A stretch of DNA of 64,000 nt from Candidatus Levyibacteriota bacterium (GTDB taxonomy: Bacteria > Patescibacteriota > Microgenomatia > Levybacterales > UBA12049): contig JACPLG010000005.1 of NCBI GenBank assembly GCA_016186625.1, positions 36,954 to 100,953 on the forward strand, given 5' to 3'. Within the stretch, counting starts at the first letter, position 1; the number at the start of each line of letters is the position of its first letter. The translations under genes and the position numbers were made by a program. The notes below the pieces were generated by a model, which was not told the origin of the DNA, ran no database searches, and saw only the letters and a list, made by a program, of their open reading frames with translations. This document shows positions 62,282 to 64,000 of the stretch, in pieces.

Positions 62282-64000
62282 AGAAAAAATATGGCTTATT
62301 TTTTTAGTTGTAATTCCTCTGTTATTTTTTTATCAGACGATTTTTTTTGGCAGAATTCCTTTTCCGGGAGATCTTCTTGTAGGTGAATATAACCCTTATA
62401 ACTCTTATCCTTTTTTGGGCTACGTCCCCGGGAGTTATCCAAATAAAGCACAAAACTTTGACGTTATAGAATTATTATATCCAGCTAAATTTTTAAGCAT
62501 AGAATCGTTTAAAAATTTTCAGCTTCCACTTTGGAATCCATATAATTTTTCAGGAAGTCCTCACCTAGCAAGCCTTCAGTCCGGCTCTTTATATCCTTTA
62601 AATTTGATCTTTTTTATCTTGCCATTTGTTTATGCGTGGAGTTTTTATATATGGTTGCAATTTATTTTGGCGGGAATTTTCACATACATATTACTTCGTG
62701 AACTTCGAATAGGATCTGTGGGCAGCTTTTTTGGAGCTCTAAGCTTTACATTCTCTTCATTTTTTGTGGTCTGGATAGAATACGGGAATATAGGACATTC
62801 TATCCTTTGGCTGCCTCTATTGATATGGTTATCTTTGAGATTTGTCAAAAAGCCAACTTTAGGAACATATTTTATTATGATAGCCGGGCTTACCTCATCT
62901 ATCCTAGCGGGGTATATTCAGACATCTTTTTATCTCTTTATTTTTCTCATGTTTTTCACCTTGTTTAACATCATATTTTTAAACGAGAAAGATAGATTGA
63001 GAAAAATAGTAATAATGCTTCCTATTTTTGTTTTTCCTGTATTTTTGTCTGCAGCCCAGCTGATTCCTATGCTAGAGCTATTTAATAGTTCAAGTAGATC
63101 ATCTTATATGATTTCTTCTATGATTAATTCACTTATTCCGAAGTTTCATATAATCACTCTTTTTGTGCCAGATTTCTTTGGCAATCCCGCTACGAGGAAT
63201 TATTGGCTGGAAGGCACATATATAGAAAGAGTGTCTTATATTGGAATACTGCCTTTGCTATTTGCTATTTATTCTGTATTGAAAAGACAAAAACCTACTG
63301 TGTTATTTTTCGCATCCTCTTCGTTAGTTATCTTATTATTAACTTTTGACAACATAATTAGCAGAACCTTTTATTCACTAAATCTACCTTTTGTTTCTAC
63401 TGCTGTTCCAACAAGGATAATGTATTTATTTTGTTTTTCGACGAGCATTTTAGCTGCGTTTGGTTTTGACCTTTTTGAGAAAAATAAAAAAAGAGATAAC
63501 ACTTTTATTATATCATTATTTGCCTCAGGATTAATTTTCATTTCACTTTGGCTATATGTATTGCTTGCTCCCGATTTTTTCAAAAACGAGTCCTTAACTA
63601 CGAATCTAGCTATTTCTAAAAGAAATTTAATTTTACCTACCATGATTTTGGGCGTAGGATCAGTATTGGCGCTGGGCCTTTATAAGTTAAAAAATTTTAA
63701 AAAATACATATTACTTGCTCTACTTCTCTTAACAGTATTTGATCTCTTTTATTTCTTTCAAAAGATTACCCCATTTTCTCCAAGTCAATCAGTTTATCCA
63801 ACAACAGAAGTCATGTCCTATCTAAAGAGTGTTCAGGGAATTGATCGATCGTGGGGATATGGGAGCGGATATATAGAATCAAATATCCAGACTTACGAAA
63901 AAATTTATTCATCTGACGGATATGATGCCCTTCACCTAAAAAGATATGGAGAGCTTTTATCTACTTCAGATGATGGAAATATCTCAGAAAATATTGCAAG
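62259..64000 (+). CDS. YfhO-family polytopic membrane protein (3' end beyond window); not in the supplied ORF track
   Basis: ATG at 62259, overlapping the previous gene by 23 nt, opens a frame (MKFFQIVKEKIWLIFLVVIPLLFFYQTIFFGRIPFPGDLL...) with no stop through the end of the window. It has >12 hydrophobic helices. The YfhO assignment is by general architecture and is tentative. Confidence 0.5.
   Translation, partial: MKFFQIVKEKIWLIFLVVIPLLFFYQTIFFGRIPFPGDLLVGEYNPYNSYPFLGYVPGSYPNKAQNFDVIELLYPAKFLSIESFKNFQLPLWNPYNFSGSPHLASLQSGSLYPLNLIFFILPFVYAWSFYIWLQFILAGIFTYILLRELRIGSVGSFFGALSFTFSSFFVVWIEYGNIGHSILWLPLLIWLSLRFVKKPTLGTYFIMIAGLTSSILAGYIQTSFYLFIFLMFFTLFNIIFLNEKDRLRKIVIMLPIFVFPVFLSAAQLIPMLELFNSSSRSSYMISSMINSLIPKFHIITLFVPDFFGNPATRNYWLEGTYIERVSYIGILPLLFAIYSVLKRQKPTVLFFASSSLVILLLTFDNIISRTFYSLNLPFVSTAVPTRIMYLFCFSTSILAAFGFDLFEKNKKRDNTFIISLFASGLIFISLWLYVLLAPDFFKNESLTTNLAISKRNLILPTMILGVGSVLALGLYKLKNFKKYILLALLLLTVFDLFYFFQKITPFSPSQSVYPTTEVMSYLKSVQGIDRSWGYGSGYIESNIQTYEKIYSSDGYDALHLKRYGELLSTSDDGNISENIA

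Noticed and set aside
1-64000. CRISPR arrays, rRNA genes, transposases or integrases, prophage structural genes
   Set aside because: No regularly spaced direct repeats with unique spacers were seen. No rRNA-like conserved stretches. No DDE, tyrosine or serine recombinase motifs. No capsid, terminase or portal signatures. The repeats found are short palindromic or promoter-type elements instead.

Overview
This 64 kb window is AT-rich (GC is visibly below 40 % over most of it). Most genes are small and tightly packed, and several overlap by a few bases (ATGA-type start/stop overlaps), so it reads as a compact bacterial genome.

Several traits point the same way: an archaeal-type mevalonate pathway (class-I HMG-CoA reductase, HMG-CoA synthase, thiolase and a DUF35 protein), many glycosyltransferases, mostly weak or absent ribosome-binding sites, and several promoters whose -10 box sits 6-9 nt before the start codon. 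Taken together these fit a Patescibacteria/CPR-like organism. That assignment is an inference, not something read from the sequence.

Gene content, in order along the window:

- **Sugar-nucleotide cluster (0.7-7.3 kb):** rmlA, rmlB, a NUDIX hydrolase, ugd, an Rmd-like reductase, gmd and a UDP-xylose synthase.
- **First glycosylation pair (7.3-10.1 kb):** a Dpm1-like GT2 enzyme fused to a GtrA-like membrane domain, followed by an ArnT/PMT-like GT-C membrane glycosyltransferase.
- **Small accessory patch (10.1-13.5 kb):** includes a 47-aa zinc-ribbon gene at 11200-11343 (-) that the ORF track missed.
- **secD and secF.**
- **A NUDIX gene interrupted by an in-frame TAA** (16421-16852).
- **Housekeeping run:** a GatB/YqeY protein, a TrpR/YerC-like regulator flanked by 22-bp direct repeats, an ABC-2 transporter, the CCA-adding enzyme, and recJ. 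recJ carries an in-frame ~110-bp GC-rich element; a homologous copy lies upstream of gltX.
- **Two compositionally atypical hypothetical genes** (22883-24739), then aspS, an S11 D,D-carboxypeptidase, gltX, a GT2, an L,D-transpeptidase and a GC-rich malic-enzyme gene next to tRNA-Gln(CUG).
- **ECF sigma factor module**, then a **mevalonate operon (35.9-44.7 kb):** HMG-CoA reductase, HMG-CoA synthase, thiolase, DUF35, mevalonate kinase, a second GHMP kinase and an MVD-family decarboxylase. A SAM-dependent methyltransferase and an HD-domain protein of different base composition are embedded in the middle of it.
- **Topoisomerase IB and an orphan KAS-III-like enzyme**, then a PNPOx-like gene, a HAD hydrolase, an RmlC-like cupin, CorA, NRAMP, a thermonuclease, an EEP nuclease, nth and Lon.
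- **tRNA-Glu(CUC)** followed by an aberrant tRNA-like element.
- **Second glycosylation module (58.7-64 kb):** a GT2, a membrane protein, a PMT/ArnT-like GT-C and a YfhO-family protein that runs off the window end.

The hunt found a four-copy conserved hairpin family, a 36-bp perfect palindrome, and a 20-bp GC palindrome. It also found duplicated promoter and operator-like direct repeats flanking single genes, and a 23-nt palindromic motif shared between the mvk coding sequence and a 5' leader. No CRISPR array, rRNA or obvious transposase is visible.
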